Sequence record: PQ850610.1
Reading direction: 5' to 3' (one strand)
Length of the DNA: 64,000 bases
Source: Escherichia phage JacquesWildberger_Bas92
Both the position numbers and the translations under genes were made by a program. Below, in pieces: positions 52,067 to 60,903 of this stretch; position 1 is the first letter of the stretch, and the number at the start of each line of letters is the position of its first letter. The notes beneath the pieces are model-generated. The model had not been told where the DNA came from. It ran no database searches and was given only the letters and a program-made list of their open reading frames with translations.

Positions 52067-52873
52067 TTATGCTACCTGAAGGCGTTTAATCTGCTGGTCC
52101 GCTTCTTTAACGTTATTACCGTTAATGATTTCATGAAGCTTCTCAATCGGAAGGCGAGAGTGCAATGCCATCAGAGTGGACATGTCACACTGCTGAACAA
52201 CCTTGTCAACCTGATCATAAACAAACTTACGGTTTTCACGATCACTAATCCAGAAGTTAGACAGGGAACGATATTCAATACCATAGTCCTTGTAGCGGAT
52301 TGCAGATGCTTTACCGTAGAGTTCTTTACGGCGAGTGTCTTTATCCATAATAACTGCTGGGAGGGATAGGAAGTAGTCACACAGCACACCCAGCATCATC
52401 TGAGTTTGCAGGGTGATATCCAAAGCACCAACTACGCCAAGATGTACGTGACCACCGGCAGTACGAAGCCCCTTATTTTGAGAAGTCGGGGATGGGTTCT
52501 TCTGACCAGTGAAAGCGTTGAAATCAGGAGTACATCCAAAGATGAACGCTGATTCATTGAAAGTCTTCATCTCTTCTTCAGTGAAGATGTGAGAGCTAAC
52601 ACCCGGAGCTGTTTCCATGTCCAGTTTGTTCAGGACATTATTGGTGAGATCGATACCACGTTGCATGTTGTCATTAAACGCTTCAAAACCACTCTGTGGG
52701 TCAATATCAAACTCAGCCAGTACGTTGTCCTCTTGAAGACGAACATCCTTAGCCAGAGCGATCTTATCGTCCTTAGAACAACCTAACAGACCAGCTACAG
52801 AAGTGATGATTCCTTTGCTGGTACGAACGAACATTTCCGGATCCGATCCTATTAAGAATTTGCGCTTAGTCAT
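52067..52873 (-). CDS. second GS-like amidoligase-like protein
   Basis: LIGSDPEMF and GGHVHLG motifs parallel the ExE/HxH pattern of upstream amidoligase. Confidence 0.4.
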   Translation of the reverse strand: MTKRKFLIGSDPEMFVRTSKGIITSVAGLLGCSKDDKIALAKDVRLQEDNVLAEFDIDPQSGFEAFNDNMQRGIDLTNNVLNKLDMETAPGVSSHIFTEEEMKTFNESAFIFGCTPDFNAFTGQKNPSPTSQNKGLRTAGGHVHLGVVGALDITLQTQMMLGVLCDYFLSLPAVIMDKDTRRKELYGKASAIRYKDYGIEYRSLSNFWISDRENRKFVYDQVDKVVQQCDMSTLMALHSRLPIEKLHEIINGNNVKEADQQIKRLQVA

Positions 52874-53837
52874 TGTAATACTCCACTAGTTCAGAAAAGA
52901 GAGATGAGATTGTGTTACCGATTTCTTCAGGATTAAGACCAGAATCTATTCCAGTACGCTGAATTATTCGTGCTGTAAAGTTTTGTACTGTAATGTTTTC
53001 CAACTTATTATCTATTGCTTCACGTTTGTGACCATAACAGTTGGACCAGAGTTTTAACCACTCTGACATTGTTTCATACTCATCTGGATCTTGATCTTTA
53101 GCACGAGCAAATCTTCGTAAGACATCTGTGTTGTGGTTACGAACATAACCATTCTCGTTGTCACCAACACCGAAGGGGTTTTGAACCCATACTTGCTTCG
53201 TGTATTCATCAGAGTCAACAACCAAAGGAAGGAATGCTGCTGCTGACATATTGTTGTCAATAACAACAGACGTGCTTTCACTACTCCCATTGGAAGCTCC
53301 TCGTTGAGACCACCTACCAAAGAAGTCACGACCCAACCCAGCTAACAACAGAGCGATGCCAATGCGTTTACGCTTCAGCCACTCTTCCCTGTCTTCAATT
53401 CCTTCTGCTAGGAAATCCATTCCACGATACTGCCCTTCCAAAATGCTACGGAAGAGCATAAGTCCTGTGAAGATTTGATCTGCTGGATGCTCACGGAGGT
53501 TGACAGCTACGCTATTCGCTGAAGTGATTGTGAATACATCGCGATAGCAAGACATGGAGTTCATAATATCTGCTGTTTCAACCAAGTTCTTTTCAATATA
53601 AGATGCATCATGACCGTGAAAAGAGTGAGTCCAGTAATTCAGCATCTCCAGTTGCAAGTTGATATCACGGTTGAAGCGTCTATAACGCCCCTCTTCCATG
53701 ATAACTTCGCCATTAATATCGCTTACACATTGGCCTTGCATGTAGTTGTGAATACCGAAGCACCCACGACCTAAGAACTTCTGTTCCCCTAAATCTTGTT
53801 GAAGATTCAGAGGTACGATCGTTGTGGAGATTGACAT
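52866..53837 (-). CDS. hypothetical protein in ligase cluster
   Basis: 323-aa ORF, overlapping stop/start with neighbours. Confidence 0.35.
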   Translation of the reverse strand: MSISTTIVPLNLQQDLGEQKFLGRGCFGIHNYMQGQCVSDINGEVIMEEGRYRRFNRDINLQLEMLNYWTHSFHGHDASYIEKNLVETADIMNSMSCYRDVFTITSANSVAVNLREHPADQIFTGLMLFRSILEGQYRGMDFLAEGIEDREEWLKRKRIGIALLLAGLGRDFFGRWSQRGASNGSSESTSVVIDNNMSAAAFLPLVVDSDEYTKQVWVQNPFGVGDNENGYVRNHNTDVLRRFARAKDQDPDEYETMSEWLKLWSNCYGHKREAIDNKLENITVQNFTARIIQRTGIDSGLNPEEIGNTISSLFSELVEYYND

Positions 53838-53847
53838 AACTAACCTT

Positions 53848-55044
53848 TTATTTTCCTAAAAATAATCCGCTCATAATACCATCCCACTCAGAGGATGGAA
53901 TCACTGAATACTCCGAACTTTGGTCCAGAGTTCCACTACTAAATCTCTGAACAATGTTATAGATGTTGAACAGGTCTTTAGCCTCAGTACGGATACCGTA
54001 GACTAATTTATCAGATGTTCTTTCATCTTTAGATACCCGACGAGCAAAATTAACCAGAAGGTTGTCACATTTAAGCGTTTCTGACCCACTCTCTACCAAA
54101 TCAGGGTGCATCACAGGCAAGAACATCGAGTTATTGACTCGCAACTCTGCTGTTTCGTCATTCTCATAATGAATCCACTTAAAGTCTTCATCACGGAAGT
54201 GACCACAACCGTCTCTGTACGACTGCTGACGCCAAGGCACTTTAAATGCTTTAGCATACTTATCAGCCATGCCAACTGTAAACAACGACGCTGGGAAGAT
54301 GCAAGCATCCCAATCATTACCGACCAGAGTTGCTTTCGTTTCACCCAAGAGGTTAGTATAAGTGCTAATCATTCGGGAATAAATATAAGCCTGAAGGATT
54401 GTCCAACCTTCAATCAACCATTTATGAAGGAAGGTTTCAACTTGACTCTCTTCGTCTTCGCAATAGAAGGTTCGGTCTAGCATTAAATAGAACAGACAAC
54501 GATCAGCAGGGATGTTCTCAGTTGCTACACCCATAAAACCTTTCTCGTGCCAGCGTAAACAGGAGGGACGATCTTTGTCCACAAATGCTTCCATAGCTTC
54601 CAGTACAGCACGAGGTGAGGTTTGGTATTCAGGGTTTTTACTATTCCAACGATCAATGTTGTTCTTAGGAGGTGTGTCTTCATCTTCATACGAACACCAA
54701 CTTAAAGCTTCAGATACGTGCTTTTCATCACACCAATGCCTAAAACCTAACATCTTCATGTGAGTTCCGGAGTTCCAGATATGCTTGATTTTACACATAT
54801 CCATCTCTCGGCTTAACAGGAACTCTTCCCCATCAGCGCTACGAACGTTAGCTTCTTCATTCCACACTCGAACGTGCATATTCCACCCATAAGTTGCCTC
54901 ATACGTGTTAGGGTCGAAGTATTCATATTCGTCATCATCTTCATCAACGCCACCGTTATAGTTGCGGAGCTGAAGGAATCCATAGCAAGGAGGATAGACC
55001 GTTAAAACTCTACCTTCAATATCTTCTAATGTTACTGGAAACAT
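53848..55044 (-). CDS. hypothetical protein in ligase cluster
   Basis: 398-aa ORF, Trp/Cys/His-rich. Confidence 0.35.
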   Translation of the reverse strand: MFPVTLEDIEGRVLTVYPPCYGFLQLRNYNGGVDEDDDEYEYFDPNTYEATYGWNMHVRVWNEEANVRSADGEEFLLSREMDMCKIKHIWNSGTHMKMLGFRHWCDEKHVSEALSWCSYEDEDTPPKNNIDRWNSKNPEYQTSPRAVLEAMEAFVDKDRPSCLRWHEKGFMGVATENIPADRCLFYLMLDRTFYCEDEESQVETFLHKWLIEGWTILQAYIYSRMISTYTNLLGETKATLVGNDWDACIFPASLFTVGMADKYAKAFKVPWRQQSYRDGCGHFRDEDFKWIHYENDETAELRVNNSMFLPVMHPDLVESGSETLKCDNLLVNFARRVSKDERTSDKLVYGIRTEAKDLFNIYNIVQRFSSGTLDQSSEYSVIPSSEWDGIMSGLFLGK

Positions 55045-55055
55045 TATACCAACCT

Positions 55056-55418
55056 CTATTGGTTTTTAATCAACTCAATAGACTTACGGATATAAAGAAT
55101 ATCTCGGAAGTTTCTGTAGTTGTTCATAAATTGATGCTTCTGGAACTCAGCTTCTTCCAGAGCTTTCTTTGCGTCTGCATAGCCCTTACGAGCAAGATAT
55201 ACAACACGCTCTGGTAACATGTTTGCACGATGGATTAGATACTTGTGAGCTTTCATGTTGCTTTGCTCACGAGCAATCTTACCTTTAGCAACTTTGATAC
55301 CATTTGCAATCCAAGCAAGTTCTTGCTCAAGCTCATCGTTGGACATTCCACCGAGGTTTGATGCAACCTTGTTCAGAGTTTCAATATTAACGTTGCCCTT
55401 GATGGGACGTGTATTCAT
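55056..55418 (-). CDS. hypothetical coiled-coil protein
   Basis: 120-aa ORF. Confidence 0.35.
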   Translation of the reverse strand: MNTRPIKGNVNIETLNKVASNLGGMSNDELEQELAWIANGIKVAKGKIAREQSNMKAHKYLIHRANMLPERVVYLARKGYADAKKALEEAEFQKHQFMNNYRNFRDILYIRKSIELIKNQ

Positions 55419-55420
55419 AC

Positions 55421-55573
55421 TTACTCCTGTTGTTTACACTCGTCAATAACCCACTGATAAGTGGATTGCCCAGAAAAGAAACACTGAATAAATCCAGACG
55501 TTCTCTGCGTTACCAGTGCTAGTGCACAAATCACTACCGCTGCTGCTAGCAGTTTTAAATCTAATTTAGACAT
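55421..55573 (-). CDS. small secreted/membrane protein (50 aa, internal start)
   Basis: MSKLDLKLLAAAVVICALALVTQ signal-like segment; SD gagg upstream. Confidence 0.3.
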   Translation of the reverse strand: MSKLDLKLLAAAVVICALALVTQRTSGFIQCFFSGQSTYQWVIDECKQQE

Positions 55574-55803
55574 ATTTCCTCTCTTTGAATTTAAAAAAGG
55601 ACTCTCCGAAAAGAGCCAAGCTTTAAATCCAAAAAAGATATTACCCAATATCTGTGGATAACCTGCTCTTAAAATATCTATCCGACGGATGTTTGAGGAA
55701 CACTCCTCGCCCTAGCATCGGCCCCATACGGGAAATAAATTAAGATTAGGTTAGTTGAGTCAGAATAACTCACATAGCCTTCTCCGGAAGAAGGCTATAG
55801 ATG

Positions 55804-56037
55804 TTACTCGCCTTTCTTAGCACGATCTTTGGCAGTTTTGCCAGTGCGGATGCGGTGTGAAACGTTAACCAGAGTGCCGCCATCAACTACGGTAACGCTC
55901 TTGTTTTTAGCCAGATCAAACACAGCCTTCTCTGTGCCACCCAAGCGAATTTGCTTAGGCTCACTGAAGGTTTGGGTTGATTTGGATTGGAACTGGAACG
56001 GTTGACGGATTGCATCAATTGCACTTACTTTAGACAT
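55804..56037 (-). CDS. hypothetical protein
   Basis: 77-aa ORF; hairpin AGCCTTCT/AGAAGGCT immediately 3'. Confidence 0.35.
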   Translation of the reverse strand: MSKVSAIDAIRQPFQFQSKSTQTFSEPKQIRLGGTEKAVFDLAKNKSVTVVDGGTLVNVSHRIRTGKTAKDRAKKGE

Positions 56038-56065
56038 AGGGGAAATTCCTTAAAAATTCATGGCT

Positions 56066-56087
56066 GCGTAGAGGGAATTCCCTACGC
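56066..56087. other. stable hairpin containing GAATTC palindrome
   Basis: GCGTAG(A)GGG-aatt-CCCTACGC. Confidence 0.4.
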
Positions 56088-56102
56088 AAATTGGGCCGCC
56101 TA

Positions 56103-56130
56103 AAAAGAGGCGTCATAGTACTAAAAGGAG
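56103..56130. repeat. copy 1 of conserved ~28-nt element with TAGTACTA palindrome
   Basis: 18-nt identical core gcgtcatagtactaaaag shared with 61652-61669. Confidence 0.6.
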
Positions 56131-56337
56131 GAGAGAAGAGGGCTTATTTAGCTACCTTTTTCTGACCATTTACGAACCAGATAATTGTGCCATCAGGCTG
56201 CCGTTGACCGAAGCCTTTAATAGTTAGCATGTCTTCCGAAAACTCTTTAAAAGTAATCATTTACTTATCCTTACATTAGAGTTAATATGATCTCTGCTTT
56301 GGCAAACTTCTCACCAACTTCGAGAGTATCAGCAATC

Positions 56338-56583
56338 CTACTCCTGAACCACAGACATACGAATCATTTCCACCGGAGTGTCACCCTTCATAACACCCAG
56401 CACACCAGACATAAGGTTAACTGTGGTAATCCAGTCTTTTTCTACAGAGATTTTGCTGGACACATTGGCAACACGCATATAATACTGAGGTGATGCTGAA
56501 CCTCGCTGGACTACGAAAGGATTTCCGGGGATGATAGTATCCAGCGGATGTGTGTTATCTTTAATCTTAGGGATAATTTTCAT
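56338..56583 (-). CDS. hypothetical protein
   Basis: 81-aa ORF. Confidence 0.3.
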   Translation of the reverse strand: MKIIPKIKDNTHPLDTIIPGNPFVVQRGSASPQYYMRVANVSSKISVEKDWITTVNLMSGVLGVMKGDTPVEMIRMSVVQE

Positions 56584-56591
56584 CTTGATTC

Positions 56592-56903
56592 CTATTTAAG
56601 TTTGAGGCTGATATTAAGGTGCATACACGCCCTGTTCTGTACAGCGGCATAACTTCTGCCGAGCATGTCTGCCATTCTCTGAATAGGCATGAACCCAGCA
56701 TTACGAATAACAAACTGATCTTCTTCTTCCGTCCACTTGACACGAAGAGTAGCTCTGGAAATTTTGAACTTGGTACAGGCTGTGTTAACAGCATTCTCTG
56801 TAACATTCATAATCTGAGCAACCTCTTGAACCGAGTACTCTTTGATCAGTCTCCGAAGATTTTCAATCTGCATCGGAGTCCATATAGTTCTTCGTGCTTT
56901 CAT
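56592..56903 (-). CDS. DNA-binding protein with two tandem HTH-like repeats
   Basis: two repeats W..(19-22 aa)..A..(helix) e.g. WTPMQIENLRRLIKEYSVQEVAQIMNVTENAV and WTEEEDQFVIRNAGFMPIQRMADMLGRSYAAV. Confidence 0.45.
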   Translation of the reverse strand: MKARRTIWTPMQIENLRRLIKEYSVQEVAQIMNVTENAVNTACTKFKISRATLRVKWTEEEDQFVIRNAGFMPIQRMADMLGRSYAAVQNRACMHLNISLKLK

Positions 56904-57198
56904 ATACCCTCCAATTAAACATTTATATAAGACTTGCTTAGATAAAGATTCAATAAAATAGGGGGAGGGGACGAATCCTCCCTTATCCTATTAATTAGTA
57001 TTGCATGTAAGACCTAACAATCGGTTTCCTTTGTAGGAATAAGCGTTATGCTCATCCAGCACTAAACTCCCGCCCCCTTAGTGGGCTGGGTTATTAAAGG
57101 GTAACGCCCTTATGGGCTAGTTACGTGAATGTTAGTTTGATAGGAGATCTGAAGTCCTATCTCAAAGGACTCTCGTAAGAATCCTTCACGATAAGCTC

Positions 57199-57486
57199 TT
57201 AATATACTAATCCGTGTAAGAGAAACACTCTCTTAGTTAACTCTGCTTTAGCTCTGTAATAAGCCGTAGAACCTAACAGGCGGCTCTTAACAAAGAACTT
57301 GATGTCATTGCTTACGTCTTGTATTAAACGCTCCTGTACAGCTTCTGAGGAGCTATTAATTGAATCAATTAACACCTTTGTAGATGTGTAATTCACATCA
57401 CCACTCCTTACCGGTTGTAGTTGTAGAGCCACCACACCACTGTGCATTAGATAAGGTTTTAGTCTCCTCATCCATTGCTGCACCAT
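57199..57486 (-). CDS. hypothetical protein (start uncertain; overlaps lipoprotein gene)
   Basis: 95-aa ORF. Confidence 0.25.
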   Translation of the reverse strand: MVQQWMRRLKPYLMHSGVVALQLQPVRSGDVNYTSTKVLIDSINSSSEAVQERLIQDVSNDIKFFVKSRLLGSTAYYRAKAELTKRVFLLHGLVY

Positions 57487-57679
57487 TCATGCATGAGATA
57501 CCATTGTAACGCATATCAATTTCGCCAGAAGGAACCTTCTCACCTTTATGCCAGCGAGATACACAAATACCTTCCACTGCTACTGCACACCATCCATCAG
57601 GACGGCTCTGTACGCAGCCTGTAAGGGCCACACAGACAATGAAGATACAGATTAAGGATATTACACCACCCCAACTCAT
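57398..57679 (-). CDS. Cys-rich lipoprotein
   Basis: signal peptide with lipobox ALTGC; mature part has 5 further Cys. Confidence 0.5.
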   Translation of the reverse strand: MSWGGVISLICIFIVCVALTGCVQSRPDGWCAVAVEGICVSRWHKGEKVPSGEIDMRYNGISCMNGAAMDEETKTLSNAQWCGGSTTTTGKEW

Positions 57680-57697
57680 AACTATCTCCTAATTGAT

Positions 57698-57730
57698 TTG
57701 GTGCGCCCTACAGGATTTGAACCTGTAACC
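57698..57730 (-). pseudogene. tRNA 3'-half-like fragment (T-arm + acceptor 3' strand + CCA) without matching 5' half
   Basis: GGTTACAGGTTCAAATCCTGTAGGGCGCACCA; no complementary GCGCCCT-type 5' strand in the 80 nt upstream. Confidence 0.3.
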
Positions 57731-57777
57731 AATAGCTTAGAAGTAAAACTTCTATCCTTGTAATGAAGTTTTCATTG

Positions 57778-57852
57778 TGGCGTTCCCTCGTGGAATCGAA
57801 CCACGAATAAGAGCTTAGAAGGCTCCAGTTATATCCGTTTAACTAAGGGAAC
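57778..57852 (-). tRNA. tRNA-Arg (anticodon UCU)
   Basis: 75-nt cloverleaf: acceptor GTTCCCT/AGGGAAC, D stem GTTA/TAAC, anticodon loop CTTCTAA, T-arm CGTGG-TTCGATT-CCACG, encoded CCA. Confidence 0.85.
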
Positions 57853-57858
57853 ATTACA

Positions 57859-58209
57859 ATGAAAACTTGCACAACCTGTCACACCCAAAAGGAAGATTCA
57901 GATTTTTACAAGAAAGGAGATCGACTTCATTCTATGTGTAAACAATGTTTCAATGCCTACTGTATTGAACGTTGGAGGCAAAGAAAGACTCAAGCGGTTA
58001 AAGATTTCGGAGGTAAATGTCATGACTGCAATCAAGAATACCCCGATGCAGTCTTTGATTTCCACCACCTAGACCCCTCTGAAAAAGATTTTGATTGGAA
58101 TAAACTTAGACTCCGATCTATTGACTCTATCAGAGAAGAGTTAAGCAAGTGCGTAATGCTCTGTGCTAACTGCCACCGTATTCGTCACATTGATTACCCT
58201 ATCCATTGA
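57859..58209 (+). CDS. HNH homing-endonuclease-like protein
   Basis: CxxC ... FDFHHLDP ... LCANCHRIRH; opposite strand to all neighbours, adjacent to tRNA. Confidence 0.65.
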   Translation: MKTCTTCHTQKEDSDFYKKGDRLHSMCKQCFNAYCIERWRQRKTQAVKDFGGKCHDCNQEYPDAVFDFHHLDPSEKDFDWNKLRLRSIDSIREELSKCVMLCANCHRIRHIDYPIH

Positions 58210-58283
58210 GCTAAGAGCGCTTAATTTATTTAGATCATATCTCGCTTGGTGATAGGACCACACACTTTACATTCATACCAACC

Positions 58284-58535
58284 TTAAGCACATGCAGGGA
58301 GTGTGATGATTTCAGGTTTACCTTCGAACTCTTCAAACAAACCCAAGAATGTAGGGCTATACGTACCAGTACAAACAAACTCATCAAAGAGTTCATTGTA
58401 TGAGGGCTTAATCTTCCAAGCCCACACATAGCCCATCTTATCAATTGCAATGTAACGAGTGTTTAGAGGAACAGTCATCATCACACCATCAACTTCGACC
58501 ACTTTAGTGATTGGTGCAGCTTGGAAGTTTTTCAT
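58284..58535 (-). CDS. hypothetical protein
   Basis: 83-aa ORF. Confidence 0.3.
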   Translation of the reverse strand: MKNFQAAPITKVVEVDGVMMTVPLNTRYIAIDKMGYVWAWKIKPSYNELFDEFVCTGTYSPTFLGLFEEFEGKPEIITLPACA

Positions 58536-59034
58536 ACTTTACCCTTAATTAAAACAACAAAGGCCACCCGATTGGGCAGCCTTTTTTATTTGTTAACTGT
58601 TATAGATCCAATTACCTTGCTTGTTACGGATAGTGGACATTGCATGAACCCAGAAGCCTTCCAGTTTCAGAGCACCATTAGTTACTGCATCCATACGTTC
58701 AGGGCGGTTCATACGTTTGGTTGATACTTTCATACCTATCTCTCTCTTTGTTAGTGGAGGCATTATTGCCAGTTGATATAGCAGATAACCCTATTAAAAG
58801 GACTACCGACTATCTAAACTGGTGAAGACTCCCTACCCCTAGAGAGTCTCCTGAATCCCAAACCAATATGTACCCCTACATATCGGAAAGTCTACCGAAA
58901 ATTAACAGGTTTTAGTCTAACACCGGATGTTCGAGCAAGCTCTCCCTAGCGGTGTGGCATATGCCTGATTTAATAAGTTAATGAGGAACACCCTCACATA
59001 GCCCTCTGATAAGCACAAGGGCTATAAGTCGGTG

Positions 59035-59331
59035 TTACTTGTCGGCTTCAATCTCTTGATGCTTAGCTATAGCTACTCTCAAGTCCTCATTAGCACGAGT
59101 AAGGCGTAATACTTCATGGTTGAGATTCTGAAGACGCTTGTTTCTATCTTCAACTTGCGTAATAAGATCATTAAGAGTTTCTTTAACTTTCTCACTATAC
59201 ATCTCATCCACTCGGACTAGAGATTTGTACATTCTCTCCCAGCTTGCTGCTTTGTTCCTAAGGATAATAAATCCTATAACGCTGATAGTTAAACAGCTTA
59301 CAAAAAGGAATTTATATATCTCTAAAGTCAT
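59035..59331 (-). CDS. membrane-anchored coiled-coil protein (i-spanin-like topology)
   Basis: N-terminal TMD FLFVSCLTISVIGFIIL then coiled coil; immediately downstream of SleB-like gene. Confidence 0.4.
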   Translation of the reverse strand: MTLEIYKFLFVSCLTISVIGFIILRNKAASWERMYKSLVRVDEMYSEKVKETLNDLITQVEDRNKRLQNLNHEVLRLTRANEDLRVAIAKHQEIEADK

Positions 59332-59530
59332 ATTATTTACCCTTTATCAGAGATTAAAAGTAATATTATTTAAGTAAGTTATATTTAGTAAACTTATTTT
59401 CTAAGAAATTTTCAAAGGGTCTATATACAGAGCATTACCCATAGTCCCAGAACACTACCATCTTTTTCAATAAATTTACTAAGTGGTTGGTTTATAAAGG
59501 AATTTAGTTTGTCAAATCTGGCACTAGAGA

Positions 59531-59920
59531 TTATTCCCTAGAGCTATTATCGAACACTAAATCACCACAATACATAGGATTGGCATACCATTTTGGCACC
59601 CCTTCGCTCTTACTCTGAAAGTAAGTCCCACTATACAGCGGAACATAATTCTTCTTAAGGGCACGTTTAGCAAGTCGCTCGCTTTCTCCAATGGCTTGCT
59701 TAGTCATCGGATTTTTATCACGAATCAGCTTTACATAACGTTTATAAGGTTTCTCCTGTTTTAATAGTACCGGAATCCACTCAAACTGGTTCTTTTGTCT
59801 TATCACCTGTTCAGCGGTCAGTTTTCGTTGGGCCATTCTATTTATCACGGTATCCGCAACTAAAGCCTTACATGCGGTTGGCTGATTCCCTGCCTCATAA
59901 TAAATAGTCAATGTCAACAT
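59531..59920 (-). CDS. cell-wall hydrolase, SleB/CwlJ (Hydrolase_2)-like
   Basis: YYEAGNQPTACKALVADTVINRMAQ ... QKNQFEW pattern resembles SleB catalytic domain. Confidence 0.55.
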   Translation of the reverse strand: MLTLTIYYEAGNQPTACKALVADTVINRMAQRKLTAEQVIRQKNQFEWIPVLLKQEKPYKRYVKLIRDKNPMTKQAIGESERLAKRALKKNYVPLYSGTYFQSKSEGVPKWYANPMYCGDLVFDNSSRE

Positions 59921-60174
59921 TAGCTGGGCCGTTGTTATCAGAACTTGCTACCTCCTCTCAGGATAAAACACCTTTCATGTATGCCTTACTCGAAGCCCTC
60001 CTTGTGGCTTTTAGTATGGATTGCTTAGCCTTAGTCTTAGCTTCTTCTGTCATTCCATCAAAAACACCGAGCTTAGTTAGCTCCTTACTAGGAGGCTTAT
60101 AGGAAGGGTTTAAAGCATTAGATAAATTATGACCATAGGCATGACCACGGCACAATAAAGAAGAAAGATTAAGC

Positions 60175-60540
60175 CTATGGATTTACACATTGACCGTTAC
60201 CGGATGCGATTTCATTCATTGACTCATCAAACAAGGTTAGGGATGAGCGCATCAAGTGATCGACCGTGATTTGTTTACCGGTAGTTTCATTTACCAGTTG
60301 AATAGTTTTATCATATGATTGCACATGATCGAAATCATTTACATGCAAAATAATAACTTTAGGTGACTTTTTACCAGTCGAATAGTTTTCTATCAAATAG
60401 GTGCACTGTAAACCTTCCACCGTATCAGGGGAAAATGTTGCAGCCTTTACACTACCCATAGCCGATAGGAGAACGCCCAGCAGGAGAACGACCAGAAAAA
60501 AACCTACAACCATTTTAATGATGAATTTAATAAACCACAT
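60175..60540 (-). CDS. membrane-anchored/secreted protein
   Basis: N-terminal hydrophobic segment MVVGFFLVVLLLGVLLSAMG. Confidence 0.35.
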   Translation of the reverse strand: MWFIKFIIKMVVGFFLVVLLLGVLLSAMGSVKAATFSPDTVEGLQCTYLIENYSTGKKSPKVIILHVNDFDHVQSYDKTIQLVNETTGKQITVDHLMRSSLTLFDESMNEIASGNGQCVNP

Positions 60541-60643
60541 AACTATAAACCTTTTAATCAGAGGATGTAAGAATAAAGCATATCAGCGACGAATAACGCC
60601 ACTGTAACGACGAATAAGCAACGCCAGAAAAAATCATTAAGCA

Positions 60644-60889
60644 TCATTTTAATCCGTGATTCAGTAGGTTCGCCAGTGATAGCCCACCGTCAAAATAAAT
60701 TGAACGGAAGTCATCGCGGGTAATTTCAATCCCTACAGCAGATAACCAATCTTTGGCCTTTTTAAAATCCATGACGCAGAAAGTAACGGTCGGGATTATT
60801 ACATCACCAGCTTGCAAGCTAAACGCAATAAAAGTATCACACACAAAACAAGAAAATCCGCTAGACAATTTAACTTCTTTGATAGCCAT
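60644..60889 (-). CDS. hypothetical protein
   Basis: 81-aa ORF. Confidence 0.3.
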   Translation of the reverse strand: MAIKEVKLSSGFSCFVCDTFIAFSLQAGDVIIPTVTFCVMDFKKAKDWLSAVGIEITRDDFRSIYFDGGLSLANLLNHGLK

Positions 60890-60903
60890 AATTTTAACCC
60901 TTA

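Noticed and set aside
57698-57852. tRNA-linked integration site (attP) implying a temperate lifestyle
   Set aside because: No integrase/recombinase or repressor genes in the window; gene content is that of a virulent phage, so the tRNA fragment is more likely a decayed tRNA gene.
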